64,000 nt of DNA from Callorhinchus milii (GCF_018977255.1 NW_024704742.1:56360001-56424000); one strand, 5' to 3'. Positions 50,474-62,771 are shown, numbered from the stretch's first letter. The notes: generated by a model not told the origin, from the letters alone. Translations and numbers: made by a program.

Positions 50474-51360
50474 TTCTGGTTATGGAACACTTTGGCTAAC
50501 ATCAGTCATTGAAAAGATACTTCAGTGGTGTCTATTGGATGCTTTTCAGGCATAAATGCTGTAAGCACTCATTAGCAATGGATTTAGTATCCAAGAGCTA
50601 TTGTCTTACAATTGTATTGCAAGGAACTGAATTGACCAGGGCTGTGCAGTGCATTCTTCTTCTTGACTTCTGGTAAAAATGTATATACATATTAACTATA
50701 ACTAATTTTGAAGGATGTAAATGCTTCATTTTCTTCAACACTTTTTACTTATAACCATTGTCTGCTACATTTATTTGGAGATGCCCACATGGATCTATCT
50801 CAGTGTGACCTGACAGTTATATAAGAAGAACTAACTGGAAAAGACATGGGAAACAACATGTTATGTCTGGACAGAAGCATGAGTCTATCAATATCCCATC
50901 ACACCAGGACCTGGGAAGTGTTCTATTTTTACAGTATCTGAATGGCTGGATTTTTAATTCAAAAAGAGAAATGAATAGGGACAATTGATGTTATACACTG
51001 AGTCACTCACAACCAGATGTTAGAATTGTCTGAGCTGAGGTGCACTCAGCTTTCAAAATACCCAATACATCATCTGTTATGCTTGCAAGCTGGAGACTGC
51101 AGCAAAGTATAGGTGCTCCCAAAGTACGCTGTGTATTCGTGATGAGCAAGTCTGACTGAATATCTCACCAGAAGTGATACCAAGTTGTTAACAGCTTGAA
51201 ATTGAACCATAGTAGTTTTATCGGTAATGGATAAACAGTCATTTCCTCAGTGTCATATCGTGTGCTGCAAATCAATAATGTGTCATGGAAATACTAAACA
51301 TCGTAAAACACTAGTATCACTGCTATGAGGATTCATTCATTCTCAACAATATCTTATGAG

Positions 51361-52167
51361 ATAATGTGGACAAACCCTGATAATTTTTAATAACAACAAC
51401 TCGGATGTATATAGCGCCTCCACCCCGGACGGGGTCTCAGAGAGCTTCACAGTAACGGATCCCGGAGCTGAGAAAGAGTAGGGCATATAGCTTCAGTAAT
51501 AAAATTAAATATGATACATTTGATCATGAAAGAACTATAAGGGACCATTTTAGAGCAGAGTCTAAATTGATTTGCATCACTTAAGTGTATGAAGCAGAGG
51601 TATAAATTAGTCTTTTTTCTATCACTAGATATTTTAAGAACGTTGTTGTTTATGTAAACTTTAACTTTGAGGTTTGAAAGTTGACTGAAGTGGAATGCAA
51701 ATAGTAGGCCATTACTTCCTTAAAGAGGCAGCAAGTAAAAGTGTATATTTCTGTAAAACCATTTTGTTACATTTATAGCATTGACAGAGTGTAAAAGATT
51801 GTATCCCACCATTATCATGTATCCAGAAAAATGGAAAATAAAAGGGAAATTCAATGCGTTTAAGCGTTGACTCGACTTCACTGCTGAAAGGCTTTGCTAT
51901 AATTTCTAACTGTAAAGAAATTGGCATCAAGAAGGTTGATTTATAATTGCTGCTTGAAATCATGTCTTTATATGGCCATAATGTGGACAAACCCTGACAA
52001 TTTTTAATAGAAAGAGTAGGGCATATAGCTTTAGTAATAATATTAAATATGATACATTTGACCATTAAAGAACTATAAGGGACCATTTTAGAGCAGAGAC
52101 TAAATTGATTTGCATCACTTGAGTGTATAGAGCAGAGATGTAAATGAGTGTCTTCCTGGAATCACTA
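51361..52167. repeat. Local direct duplication of about 190 bp (51361-51627 and 51978-52167); first copy carries a 79-bp antisense L2 tail (51393-51471)
   Basis: Manual alignment from ATAATGTGGACAAACCCTGA to ATCACTA. Confidence 0.9.
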
Positions 52168-52865
52168 CTTCAGCAAACAGGCTCCAGAACTCATCACTCC
52201 ACATCTATAGTTTGATCTATCGTGAGTTGTTTTGCAGCAATTTGGCCATGATTTCATGGCAATATAGCACAAAAAGCACAGTGTGAAGCTGGGTATTAGA
52301 GGAAGATTCTCTTCAGTGGTATTGAGTGACTGATCATTTATGGAGGGCTTCAAGGTCCAATTTCTAGCAGCTTAAAGGGTCTCCATTTTAGCTGCCTCCC
52401 TAGAAGATTAATTAGTTTACTGGATGTCTGAATATAATCAAATTTCTGCAGGCATTAAAATGACTAGATTTCAATTTATTTTTAGGAGGGATTACCATTA
52501 TTCATGGTTAGGAGTATGTATTTTTGTATGCAATCTTCTGCATGTGTGGATGTCTATTCTCTTTCTTGATAGTAGATAGATGTCTTTGAGTTCCTTTCAT
52601 TTCACCTATTCTTAGTATGTAAAAATTGTCCTAAGATTTAAAGATTCTGCAATTTTCTTAAATTCTATCTTGATTTGGAAGCTGGTTTTCCATAGGTCTT
52701 TAAAAAAATCTAGCTTCCAAATTAAGACTAAATTTTATAATTTTCCAAAATTCTCCAAATTTTTTAATTTAAATGACAATTGTTTTACAACCTAAGATTA
52801 GGTAAAGTTTCAGGCTATTCAAAAAATTCTAGAGTTGTCAAGATTTTGCTGTGTGAAGACAAATG

Positions 52866-52968
52866 TGGAGACCTCTAGCGTATTCATTAGAGTACTCACC
52901 TCGCAAGCGAGAGGACCTAAGTTCGATTCCCAGGAAGGATGAAATGGTAGACAAGTTTCCTTATTCCA
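52866..52968 (+). mobile_element. SINE family A head only
   Basis: CTCACCTCGCAAGCGAGAGGACCTAAGTTCGATTCC..CAAGTTTCCTTATTCCA. Confidence 0.75.
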
Positions 52969-53989
52969 GATGAAAAAAATTCGAGAAAAACTCATATTTT
53001 CATTCCTGACTCATATGAATCTCCTAACACCAAATAAGACCCTAACCCTAAACGAATGTAATAAAAGGAGTTCCTAAATATATCAAACCCATAGACCTTG
53101 TTCAGTAAGAATGAAACTCGTGTCTGAAAGGGCATTGTTAATTTGTAAAGCAAATTTTATCGTGGAGGTTTGTTTCAAAGGTTTATGTTTGAACATTTCG
53201 TACAAAAGGTTCTGCTTTTTTGGAACAAACAGCAATTTGATTACAAAATTGCTTTCGGTAGAAATCACTGTACAAAACATATTGTTTTTGCAATACCCAT
53301 TCTTGCTGATTGGATCATTTTAAATGCTATCTGATTACCTTCTATATTTAAATTGCAATTTATTTTCCATTGTTAAACAGAATAGCTTCATTCCAGCTGT
53401 AATGTCTTGATACCAATTAAAATTTAAATGTTAATAGCACTTTATCTGAGCTTAAATTTTAAAAGATAGTTTAAAGTGACTAAAATGCATGGGAGTTTTC
53501 TCAGAAAACTGTCAGTTTCCCAGAAATTAAAAAATCTTGCTTTCAATAGCTGGTGAGGAAAATCTGAGTATTGGAATGACAGCTGCTGGAAGGCATTAGC
53601 TGTAAATCTTGGTTTGATTTGTTGTTTTGTTGTTGTGAACACACGCTCAAATATCCAGGGATTGAAATCCACCTTAATTGGTAATGCAGAGAGGTAAGCA
53701 GCTGCTGCTCAAACTCCCTACTTCCAGCTAGTGGAATCATCGCTCAAATGGACAGGGATATGTGGCTGAGCTGTGACCATGATGATGGTGGCAATGCACT
53801 TGCTGAAATGTGCTGCTTACCAGAAAACACCAAGGAAGTTCCATATTCATGCTTAAATGTACACTTGATGCATGTTAAATGATCAAGTAGTGACTCTCCT
53901 TTTTGCGGGAGATAGACAGGATCTCTTTGAAGCTGAGCTGGCAATGGAATGTCGTAATCAAGTCTACCATCTGCGGCAATTTCACTAGT

Positions 53990-54806
53990 CCTCCTCACCT
54001 CAGGTGCTGACAGCATTACCATGCATGGTTGCACACTCCACCTTGCTGAACCAGTCCAGAACCTTGGGGTCCTGTTTGACCCTCAACTATCCTTTTTATC
54101 CCAAATCTGCACCATGGCCCACTCTGCCTTCCCCCACCTCCGCAATGTCGCCCGGCTATGATACTATATCACACTGCAGGCCCCCGACACTCTCATACAT
54201 GCCTTCATTACATCGAGGCTCGACTATGCAAACTCACTGCTTGTCGGCCTCCCCAACTCTTCCCTCCACAGGCTGCAGATCATCCAGAACTCTGCAGCCA
54301 GTGTCCCCTCCTGCACTAGGCTCCACGACTCTATCACCTTCATCCTTACCCAACTCCACTGGCTTCCCATCACACAGAGGATACAGTTCAAGATCCTGGT
54401 CCTCACCTCCAAAGTCCTCAGTCTTTCTCCCCCCTAACTCTCTGACCTCCTAACCCCCTTCCACCCTGTTTGTTCCCTCTGCTTAGCGGGCTCCGGCCTG
54501 CTTCACGTCCTCCACCTTGCTCACCCCGCTATCGGCAGGCAGGCCTTCCGCCACTCTTCACCCACCCTCTGGAACTCTATTCCACAGTCCCTCCATCTCT
54601 TTGCCTGATTCAAAACCCACCTCAAGACCCTCCTCTTCAATCGTGCTTTCGATCTCTCTGCTTACCCCATTCCTCACCCCCACACCCCCCCATCCCGACC
54701 CTCAGTTCGGATCCATAACTCTGTCTATCCAGCGCCTTGGGACGTCCTCCCGACGTGAAAGGTACTATACAAATGTAATTTTATTGTTGTTGTTATTGTT
54801 ATTGTT
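53990..54806 (+). mobile_element. L2 3' fragment with tail
   Basis: HAFITSRLDYANSLLVGLPN, LHWLPITQRIQFKIL; GCGCCTTGGGACGTCCTCCCGACGTGAAAGG hairpin; tail. Confidence 0.9.
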
Positions 54807-56994
54807 TCTATAGTCCAGTATCTGAGTTGGGAGAGTCTGCTGTATTCCAAGGCATTGCTAATAACAGCCCAGCCAGCCTGGCTCAGCAGCAGGATGTGGA
54901 GGGTCAAACCGATGCCTGGAGCAAGCTTTCTTCCCACTAGACTGTTGACTCTAGCCCTAATGGATAGGCAAGTCCTAGCTGCACGAGTAACATGAAGCTT
55001 GCCACACAGTGCTCCCAATGGGGTTCCTAAAAGGACTTACAGAAAACCAGCTTCAAAGTTAAAGACTATATTTTAAAATTCAGGGGTAGTACTTGCAGCG
55101 GAGTGTTTGCTGAATTGAGGGAGCAGCCGAGTTGATAGAGTTGCAGGTTGAAGAGATAGGTGGGGCGAGGCCATGGAAGGATTTCAATGTGAGGATGAGG
55201 ATTTTTAATTCAACCAACTGTGGAATGGGAACCAGTGGAGACAAAGCAAAGAAGGGGGTAATAGACTCGCAGTGCTTGATGCAGTGGAGGACACAGACTG
55301 CAGTGTTTTGAGAGGAGTATGGAATTTAAAGAATCCAGTGCAAAATCACAGTGATTGAACTGAAAGCATTCACCTTCAAAATATACAGTCACTACACATT
55401 ACAGTAAATCCTGTGAAGCGTTTTGAGATGTCCTCCTGACATGAAAGGCAATATGTCACATGCAAGCATTATTATTATCCTCCTAACTTTCACAGATAGG
55501 ATGAGTTCAATGAGTTGCTTTGCTAGCTCCAACAGCACATGTAGTATTGGATTATTACGCCCTCTGGGTATCCGTATAAATTTGTATTCGAAGGAGTTAA
55601 GTGGCATCTATTGCTTTGCCAGGATTTTGTTTCACAATATTCTACAGAACAAAATGTTTCCTGTAATCCATAGTCTTGCTCGAGGCTTATTAATTTTATA
55701 CTTGTGTTCTAAATTGTCAACTGATAACATTTACATCAATTGTGCCGCTCAGCGTTTAATAGACAAGTGTTTTTCAAACTAATGTTCAGGTTCTTTTCCA
55801 ATAATACTTCTTCAAATTCTAATAAAATTGGCCTAAATCTAATCTTCTAATAAACATTAGGAAACTGAAAAAGATATAATCCCCTTTTTCACATGTTGCC
55901 ATTTTCTTGACACACACAAAATAAGTTTCACGAGCAACTAGGATTCACTGAACATTAGTTTTCTGGTAATAATCATTAAAATCCAGTTCAAAGCTATCCA
56001 TAGTGCTCAGGACATTTGTAATCCACATAGATATCAACTAAGTGTTGTAACTTGATATCCTTGTTTCTGTTTCATAAGAAGCTGGTGCTGTGGAGGACAG
56101 TATAGAGTATTCAATCGAACGTTAATTGAAAAACATGTGATTGCAATGTTTGACCTGCTGGCTGTGACAGGATAATCTTCAGTTGTAAAAAGACAGAGAG
56201 TAACATGAATGAAAGAAATAATGGAGTACATGAAAATTTATGGGTTATAAATTGCACTATAATCTGCAATATGCTGACAGTTGGATTACACTCAGAAGAT
56301 AAACGTGTTAGTGAAGCTGTGAGTTTACGTTGTTGGAATGGCAGGGACATGGTGCAACATAAGTACAATGCTGAGTGTTTACATAAGCAGGGAGTGCAGA
56401 ATAGAAATGGCCCAGCAGGTAGCTCTGTACCCTGTGTGAAGTCAGTGAAGTCATCCGTTCTTATTTCCCTTAGGAATTGGTGAGTAGAGGCCCACATGCA
56501 GTTTTGGCAAAGGCATAACACAACTCCTCTGCTGTTCTGGCACTACACCATCTTTTCATGTTGAAAAGCTCTACAAAAGAAAGTCCAATTCAGCTGCTGG
56601 GTCCATCTGCAGGTTTCCCTTTTGCCAAACGTCCTCAGTCTCATTACAGCACTGCAGATGAGTGGAGAGGGTCACCTGCTGTCTTGTAACAAATGGAGGG
56701 TGACATTATATGAATCACTCATCCACCTCCTCCTTGATGTCATACACTCCCTATGACGCAAGTTGCACCATGTAGTCCAACCTATTTAGCGACACATTAG
56801 CATTTTGCAGATTCTCACCATCTTCTTTTGCATACCCATTCCATCTTGCATAAATAAATACTCAGAATGCCCTTGGTCTTCCTCTAACAATGGAGCCATA
56901 TGTGAATGAACAGGATACTCAGCACGGCATGGCAAATCTCACCATGAGCATTCAGTAAGCATGAATTGTCAAAATTGTGACACTCAGTAACATA

Positions 56995-57392
56995 ATTTAT
57001 TATTATTAATCTCAAGGAGGCATCTCAAAGTGCTTTACAAGTGTAAAGTGTAATGACTTTTGTTCTATTTTGTGGCAAAAATGACAGCCAATTTGCACAG
57101 AGAAATGTCCACAACAGCTATGAAGTGAATGATCAATTTTATCTGGGAGATTGTTGGCCATAAAATCAAAAGAAACTCCCTTCTCTTTTTGAGAGTACAA
57201 TGGGATCTTTAATATCTATTTGAACGGGCAGACGGGACCTTGGTTTAACGTTGAATCCAAAGGACAGCACTTCTGATAATGCAGCACCCCATCAGAACTG
57301 CATTAATGCCTAATCTGTGAGTTCAAAGTTCCCAACATGGGGCTTGAACGCATAATCTTCTGACTCAGAGGTGAGAGTGCTATCGACCAAGC
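56995..57392 (-). mobile_element. Deu-domain SINE family B, near full length
   Basis: TTCTGACTCAGAGGTGAGAGTGCTA head complement; TACAATGGGATCTTTAATATC Deu block. Confidence 0.8.
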
Positions 57393-59103
57393 AAGATTGA
57401 CACATTTCTGGGTACCAACCGAATTTCAGCTAATAGTGCGTATTCTTTGGTTTAATACAGGCATAAGTAACTCATGATAAAAACACTTATTTAATGGGGT
57501 CTAATGTATGATCATGTATAACAGGATCAACAATGTGACTCTGAATTTCAGATGGCAACTTCTGTTAGTACCCGGAAGTGCATCCCACCAATCTGATAGA
57601 ACTGCACTCTGACACAATCACATTACCTCTGGCAACTGCAGGTACCACAGTTCAGCGTGATAATTCCAGCTTTCTGAGTTGTTCAAATGTGGAAAAGTTG
57701 ACCTTCTCTGCCTCAAAGATAACATAACACACCCAACAACAGTTACAAAGTTGACTACTCAAATGTCCTCCTTGCCTCCCCTGATCCACTATTCCCAAGA
57801 TTCAACTAATTCAAAACTGTTGTTGCTGTAGTTGGATGAGGGTTGTTGGCCATCCTTTTAAGAAAACTTGGTCAAATAGTGCAATGGGATCTTCAACGTC
57901 CTTTGTTTTGATATCTCATTCAAATTATGTGATTCTGACAATGCTGCACTCCCCCATCATTGCACTGGAGTGTCGTCCTAGACCACAAAGTTCCGATATG
58001 TTGAACCCACAGCCCTTCTGAATCGTTCGAAAAATTTAATCAACTAAGCCAAGATAATACATTGTCAAGTACCTTCTGTAAATCCATGCACACAACATCC
58101 ACTACGCTTCTTTTATGTCTGCTTTCTGTATTTCCCTCAAACAAATTCTGTTAAATTAATTGAGCGTGATCCGCTTTCTACAAATTTGTGTTGCATGTCC
58201 CTAATTAATCCAGGTTCAAGTGTTCACTGATCTGACTCCTTATCATAGAAATTTACAAACAAACAATATAAACTAACTGATTTATAATTTATCATCTTAA
58301 CAACATATTGTTGTGGTACCTATATGATAATGAATATTTTTTAAATTAAAGAATATATTTTAACAAGATTGGAAAAAAGAAAGCAATTAAAGTGAGAGAT
58401 TACTTGGCAAGGAATTTGAACGTTAAAAGATACTATTAGTAAAAATAATATTTACGTTAGTTGCTGTCCAGAATAAGACTGGAATACTTCCTGTATTCTA
58501 TTTACAATGTACTTCCCTATTAAATATGCAATCAGTAAACTTTACAGTTAAACCCCATGAAGCACTTTCATATATATTCCTGACACAAAAATACAGCATA
58601 ATAAATGCAAGGATTATTTATATGTATTTTTTCTTAGAGACCAGTGTGGTCTACTCTTGATGCAGGGGCACACAAGGGCACACTCTGTGAATTTACTTCA
58701 TAAAAAATGCAGGCTTTTGAAATACAAATGTTGGTGTCAAATGTACACAACTTCTTGTTTTATCTTGACTTCTTGTCTACTGGGTTTAACCTTGCTGTTG
58801 TAGTGTGCTATGCAACTTGGCCTTTCATTTCCTAATCAAAATAATATTAATAATCATTCACTAATTCAAAACTCTGTTGTTGCTGTAGTTGATAAGGTAC
58901 TGATACAGTACCTTATCATGTCTTCGAGACGCTCTCAGTGAAAGCTGTCAAATTGCTCAATTTTACATTAAAGTGTCCCTTCTGGAGGAAGATTTTGATC
59001 AATAATCAAAGGCCTTTGAATGCACATGGTGAAGGAATGGAGGAAGATGTAACACCATCTCTTTGATTGTCAATGACATATACAGGACATTTCAGTCCTG
59101 AGT

Positions 59104-60153
59104 CTTCACTTCGTCTCAACGAATGGCTTCTCCTCCACCCCCCGTACTGTCTCATGTGGTGTCCCTCAGGGCTCTGTCCTCGGTCCCCTCCTCTTCACCC
59201 TCTATATGCTCCCCCTTGGTGACATCATCCGCAAACATGGGGTTAACTTCCACATGTATGCGGATGACACCCAACTCTACCTTTCCTCCTCTACTCTCAA
59301 CTCCACGACCACCGATGTCCTGACAGCCTGCCTGTCCGACATCGAGTCCTGGACGAGAGACAACTTTCTTCAGCTCAACGTGCAAAAAACCGAGGCCCTC
59401 CTGATTGGCTCACGTCAGCGCCTCCGCACCTCAGGCGCTGACACCATCAGCATCCAAGGCTGCACTCTCCACCTCTCAAAGCCAGTCAGGAACCTCGGCG
59501 TTTTGTTCGACCCTGAGCTGTCCTTTCTCCCTCACATCCGCACCACAACTGGCACCGCCTTCCATCACCTCCGGAATATCGCCAGATTACGGCACTACCT
59601 CACCCCTCACGCTGCTGAAACCCTGGTTCACGCCTTTGTCACCTCAAGGCTGGACTATGGGAACTCTCTCCTCGCCGGCCTTCCCGCCACCTCCCTCCAC
59701 AAGCTGCAGGTCATTCAGAACTCTGCAGCTCGTGTACTGTCCCGCACCAGGCTTCGGGACCACATCACTCCCACCCTCGCTCGCCTCCACTGGCTCCCCA
59801 TCCCCCAGAGGATTGATTTCAAGATCCTCATCCTCACCTACAAGGCCATTCACGGCCTTGCTCCCTCCTACCTCTCCAACCTACTATCCCCCTACCTACC
59901 TGCCCGTACCCTCCGTTCCTCTGGCTCCGGTCTGCTCCACGTCCCCCGCCCCAACCGCCCTACTATCGGTGGTCGGGCCTTCAGCCTCTCAGCCCCGAGG
60001 CTCTGGAACTCCATCCCCCAGTGCCTTCGCCTTGCTTCCTCCCTTTCCTCCTTCAAGGCCGGTCTCAAAACCTTTCTCTTTGACCGTGCCTTCAGCTCCC
60101 CTCTCGACTCTCTTCCTCCTCCTCGCTCCCTCCCTTCCCTCCCCTCACCCTGA
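59104..60153 (+). CDS. L2 ORF2 C-terminal 349 codons (RT palm to C terminus), lacking its natural start; not a host gene
   Basis: Frame open from 59104: [51 protein letters not shown], stop at 60151-60153. Confidence 0.85.
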   Translation, partial: LHFVSTNGFSSTPRTVSCGVPQGSVLGPLLFTLYMLPLGDIIRKHGVNFHMYADDTQLYLSSSTLNSTTTDVLTACLSDIESWTRDNFLQLNVQKTEALLIGSRQRLRTSGADTISIQGCTLHLSKPVRNLGVLFDPELSFLPHIRTTTGTAFHHLRNIARLRHYLTPHAAETLVHAFVTSRLDYGNSLLAGLPATSLHKLQVIQNSAARVLSRTRLRDHITPTLARLHWLPIPQRIDFKILILTYKAIHGLAPSYLSNLLSPYLPARTLRSSGSGLLHVPRPNRPTIGGRAFSLSAPRLWNSIPQCLRLASSLSSFKAGLKTFLFDRAFSSPLDSLPPPRSLPSLPSP

Positions 60154-60304
60154 CCATTTCCCCCTCCTCTCTCCCTCCCTTCCCTCCCCTCACCTTGACC
60201 ATTTCCCCCCTGCTCGGGTCATGACCCAACTGTGCAGCGCCTTGGGACGTCCTCCTGACGTGAAAGGCGCTCTATAAATGGAATCTTGTTGTTGTTGTTG
60301 TTGT
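59104..60304 (+). mobile_element. Young 5'-truncated L2, subfamily A
   Basis: Uninterrupted ORF2 frame, duplicated C-rich 3'UTR unit, stem-loop 60237-60270, (GTT)n tail. Confidence 0.97.
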
Positions 60305-60409
60305 ATTTGCAGGATCCCTTAAAATGTTCTTTGTAATACTCAAGAAAATGAATGCTTTAAGGAATACCTGCACATTTGTTACTAAATACTTAGCTTTACT
60401 CAGCACTCT

Positions 60410-60710
60410 GGCACAGGCTTGCTTCATGTCTCCCACCCTGACCGCCTCACCATCAGCAGGCAGGATTTTAGCCTATCTGCTCGTATTCTTTGGAACTCCA
60501 TCCAAGAGTCCCTCTCACTGATTCCTTCTCTCATCTCTTTCAGGATCTGTCTCAAGACCTGCCTCTTTGACTGCACTTTCAGTTATCTTTTCTCTTCTTC
60601 CTGGGGCTCCTACTCCTAGCTTGGGTACCAAGCCAGGATTGTTAAGCGCTTTAGGATGATTTCCTCCCGCCCCCATCATTGTGAAAGGTGCTATATAAAT
60701 GTAAACTTGC
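60410..60710 (+). mobile_element. Older L2 3' end
   Basis: FSLSARILWNSIQ..FRICLKTCLFD; TGTGAAAGGTGCTATATAAATGTAA. Confidence 0.8.
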
Positions 60711-61529
60711 ATTGCATGCCAGGCCGTGACTGGTTGCACTCGATGCACTTAATGGACAGTCTAATCATTGCTGAGCACAGCCCAGTGCAAAACAAATACA
60801 TTTCCTTTTATTTCTTGACCGTTTGGCTCCTGGAATTTCTATCCCTCGACCTTTTCTCTCCAGTCCTGTTTATGTAGCTTTAGTGTAATGCTGCTTATTC
60901 AATGTGTATTCTAGCCTTTTTATCCCAATATTTTTAACTTAAAAATTATTCCACTCGCTCTTCTTCCTCTGCTGTCATCCACCCTCTGTTCATTTTGAAG
61001 GTGAGAGCAACCTTTAGCAAAATAATGATTCAATGGTTCTGAAAGCCATTTTCTGTACATTAATATTGTTATAGATATAGATATTGTGATATCACAGATT
61101 TTGTGACAACATTTTGTACCCTCATAAATTTCTATTGCATTGCACATAGCATACCGATTTCAATCTTCCAATGTCCCCTGGTTTAAACACACCAATTTCA
61201 GTCTCCCAGTATTGCAAAACAGCAATTTTGACTATGAAGTATAAATTAAACGTGTCACTCAAGTTTTGTTCAGCAATCTAAGTTCCAGCTGGAAAGCTGA
61301 ATGCCTCAATTTTAAATTCATAATTTAGAAAAGGGTGTTATTTTATCATAAGCCTCCAGGTTCCATTCAGATATCTCTATGAGAAGTCAGCAATAATGGA
61401 TGTGTGCACAGCTAGGTTGATTGAAGGACCTTCCTATCCTCAACTGCATTTACCCATGTCAAGAAGTAGAACCATAGGCATAGAAGGTCATTCGACCCCA
61501 TGTAGCATTTTAACAAAAGCCTTCTGAAA

Positions 61530-62150
61530 ATACATATGTACGACATCCACAGCATTACCTTCATCTATTTTCTCGGTTATCTCATTATTAGAGTTGTCAG
61601 GCAAATCTCGCTTTTAACAAATCCAGGCTGACTGTCTTTACTCAATCCATGTCTTTCCAAGTGGTAATTAATATTATCCTGTATTATAGCCTCTAAATGT
61701 TTGTCCACTATGGACGTTAGATTGATCAGTCTATAATTACTTGGCTTGTCCTGTTCTCCCTTTTTAAACATACATGTTACATTAGCTACCTTCTAGTCTC
61801 CAGGCAGAACTTTTAACTCCTAGGATGTTTGAAAAATTGTACTAAGAGCATCTACCATTTCTTCCCTGACTACCTTCAATATTTTAGGATGCATGCAATC
61901 TGCCACGTGACTTGTCCTCTTTGAATTCCATTAATTTGTTTAGCCTCACTTCCTTTTCTATAATTCCTAATTGCTATATATTCTCCTCTTGTAAACTCAG
62001 TGACTCACTACCACTCTCTGTAAAAACTGAGGTAAAACACTCATTAAGTATCTCTGCCATAACTTCGTTTTCTATGACTAAGTTTCCCCTTCTATTTCTA
62101 AATGACCTTACCTTTTTTCAATTATTCTTTTACTTTTAATGTGTTTATAA
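61530..62150 (-). mobile_element. CR1 ORF2 fragment
   Basis: FKKGEQDKPSNYRLINLTSIVDKHLE..SQPGFVKSEICLT. Confidence 0.85.
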
Positions 62151-62460
62151 AATTGTTCAGTATTTTTCTTTTTTTTAATAATAATACTTCCTTGCAAATG
62201 ATCATTTTGTTTCAATAAAAATAGAAGAAATGTGATGGTTGAAGGTATACAAGGTTTAGTTTTTGAAGATTACATTCTGTTGCAGTAAAAACATTTGGAG
62301 CAGGGATGAAAGATGTTGCTCAAAAGCAACTTTGATGAGCTTCAAATTATATAAAGGCATCTTAATTATAATTTGAGTAAATTGTGGATGTTTTAATTTT
62401 AATTTAAAGACTAGCATTTTTTTTATAGAATCAGATTTTATATACCCAAGACCTAGGAAC

Positions 62461-62763
62461 ATAATAATAATAATAATCCTTGCATTTGATATAGTGCTTT
62501 TTAAGTCTTCTAGTCTCAAAGCGCTTCACGGAATAGACTGTAAAGTGAATTGACTGTATATTTGTGGGCGAAATGCGGCAGCCAATTGTGCACAGCAGTG
62601 TCCCGCAAACAGTCATGGGTTGAAATGACCAATTTTTTTTTGAGGGATTATTATCAGGTTTGTGGAGTAAGGAAACTTTCCCAAGGTTTCACCCTGCCGG
62701 GAATCGAACCCAGGCCTCTCACTTACAAAGCAAGTGCTCTAACTACTGAGCTACAGGACTCCA
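62461..62763 (-). mobile_element. SINE family A, short form
   Basis: TGGAGTCCTGTAGCTCAGTAG, GGTTCGATTCC, tail (ATT)n. Confidence 0.9.
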
Positions 62764-62771
62764 CAAGTGTG

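Noticed and set aside
51568..51620. Immunoglobulin-type promoter (TNATTTGCAT plus TATA-like)
   Set aside because: No leader exon, V-domain coding sequence or RSS found downstream
51361..52167. Direct repeats as LTRs of a miniature retrotransposon
   Set aside because: Similarity extends outside the TG...CA limits; no primer-binding site, polypurine tract or TSD seen
53690..53885. Possible Harbinger transposase remnant (YF.ASG..Q..TGD-like pieces)
   Set aside because: Requires several frameshifts to see; not distinguishable from chance by eye
59405..60277. 290-aa Ser/Pro-rich ORF and similar off-frame or antisense ORFs over L2 copies
   Set aside because: Shadow frames of C-rich L2 sequence, which is depleted of stop codons
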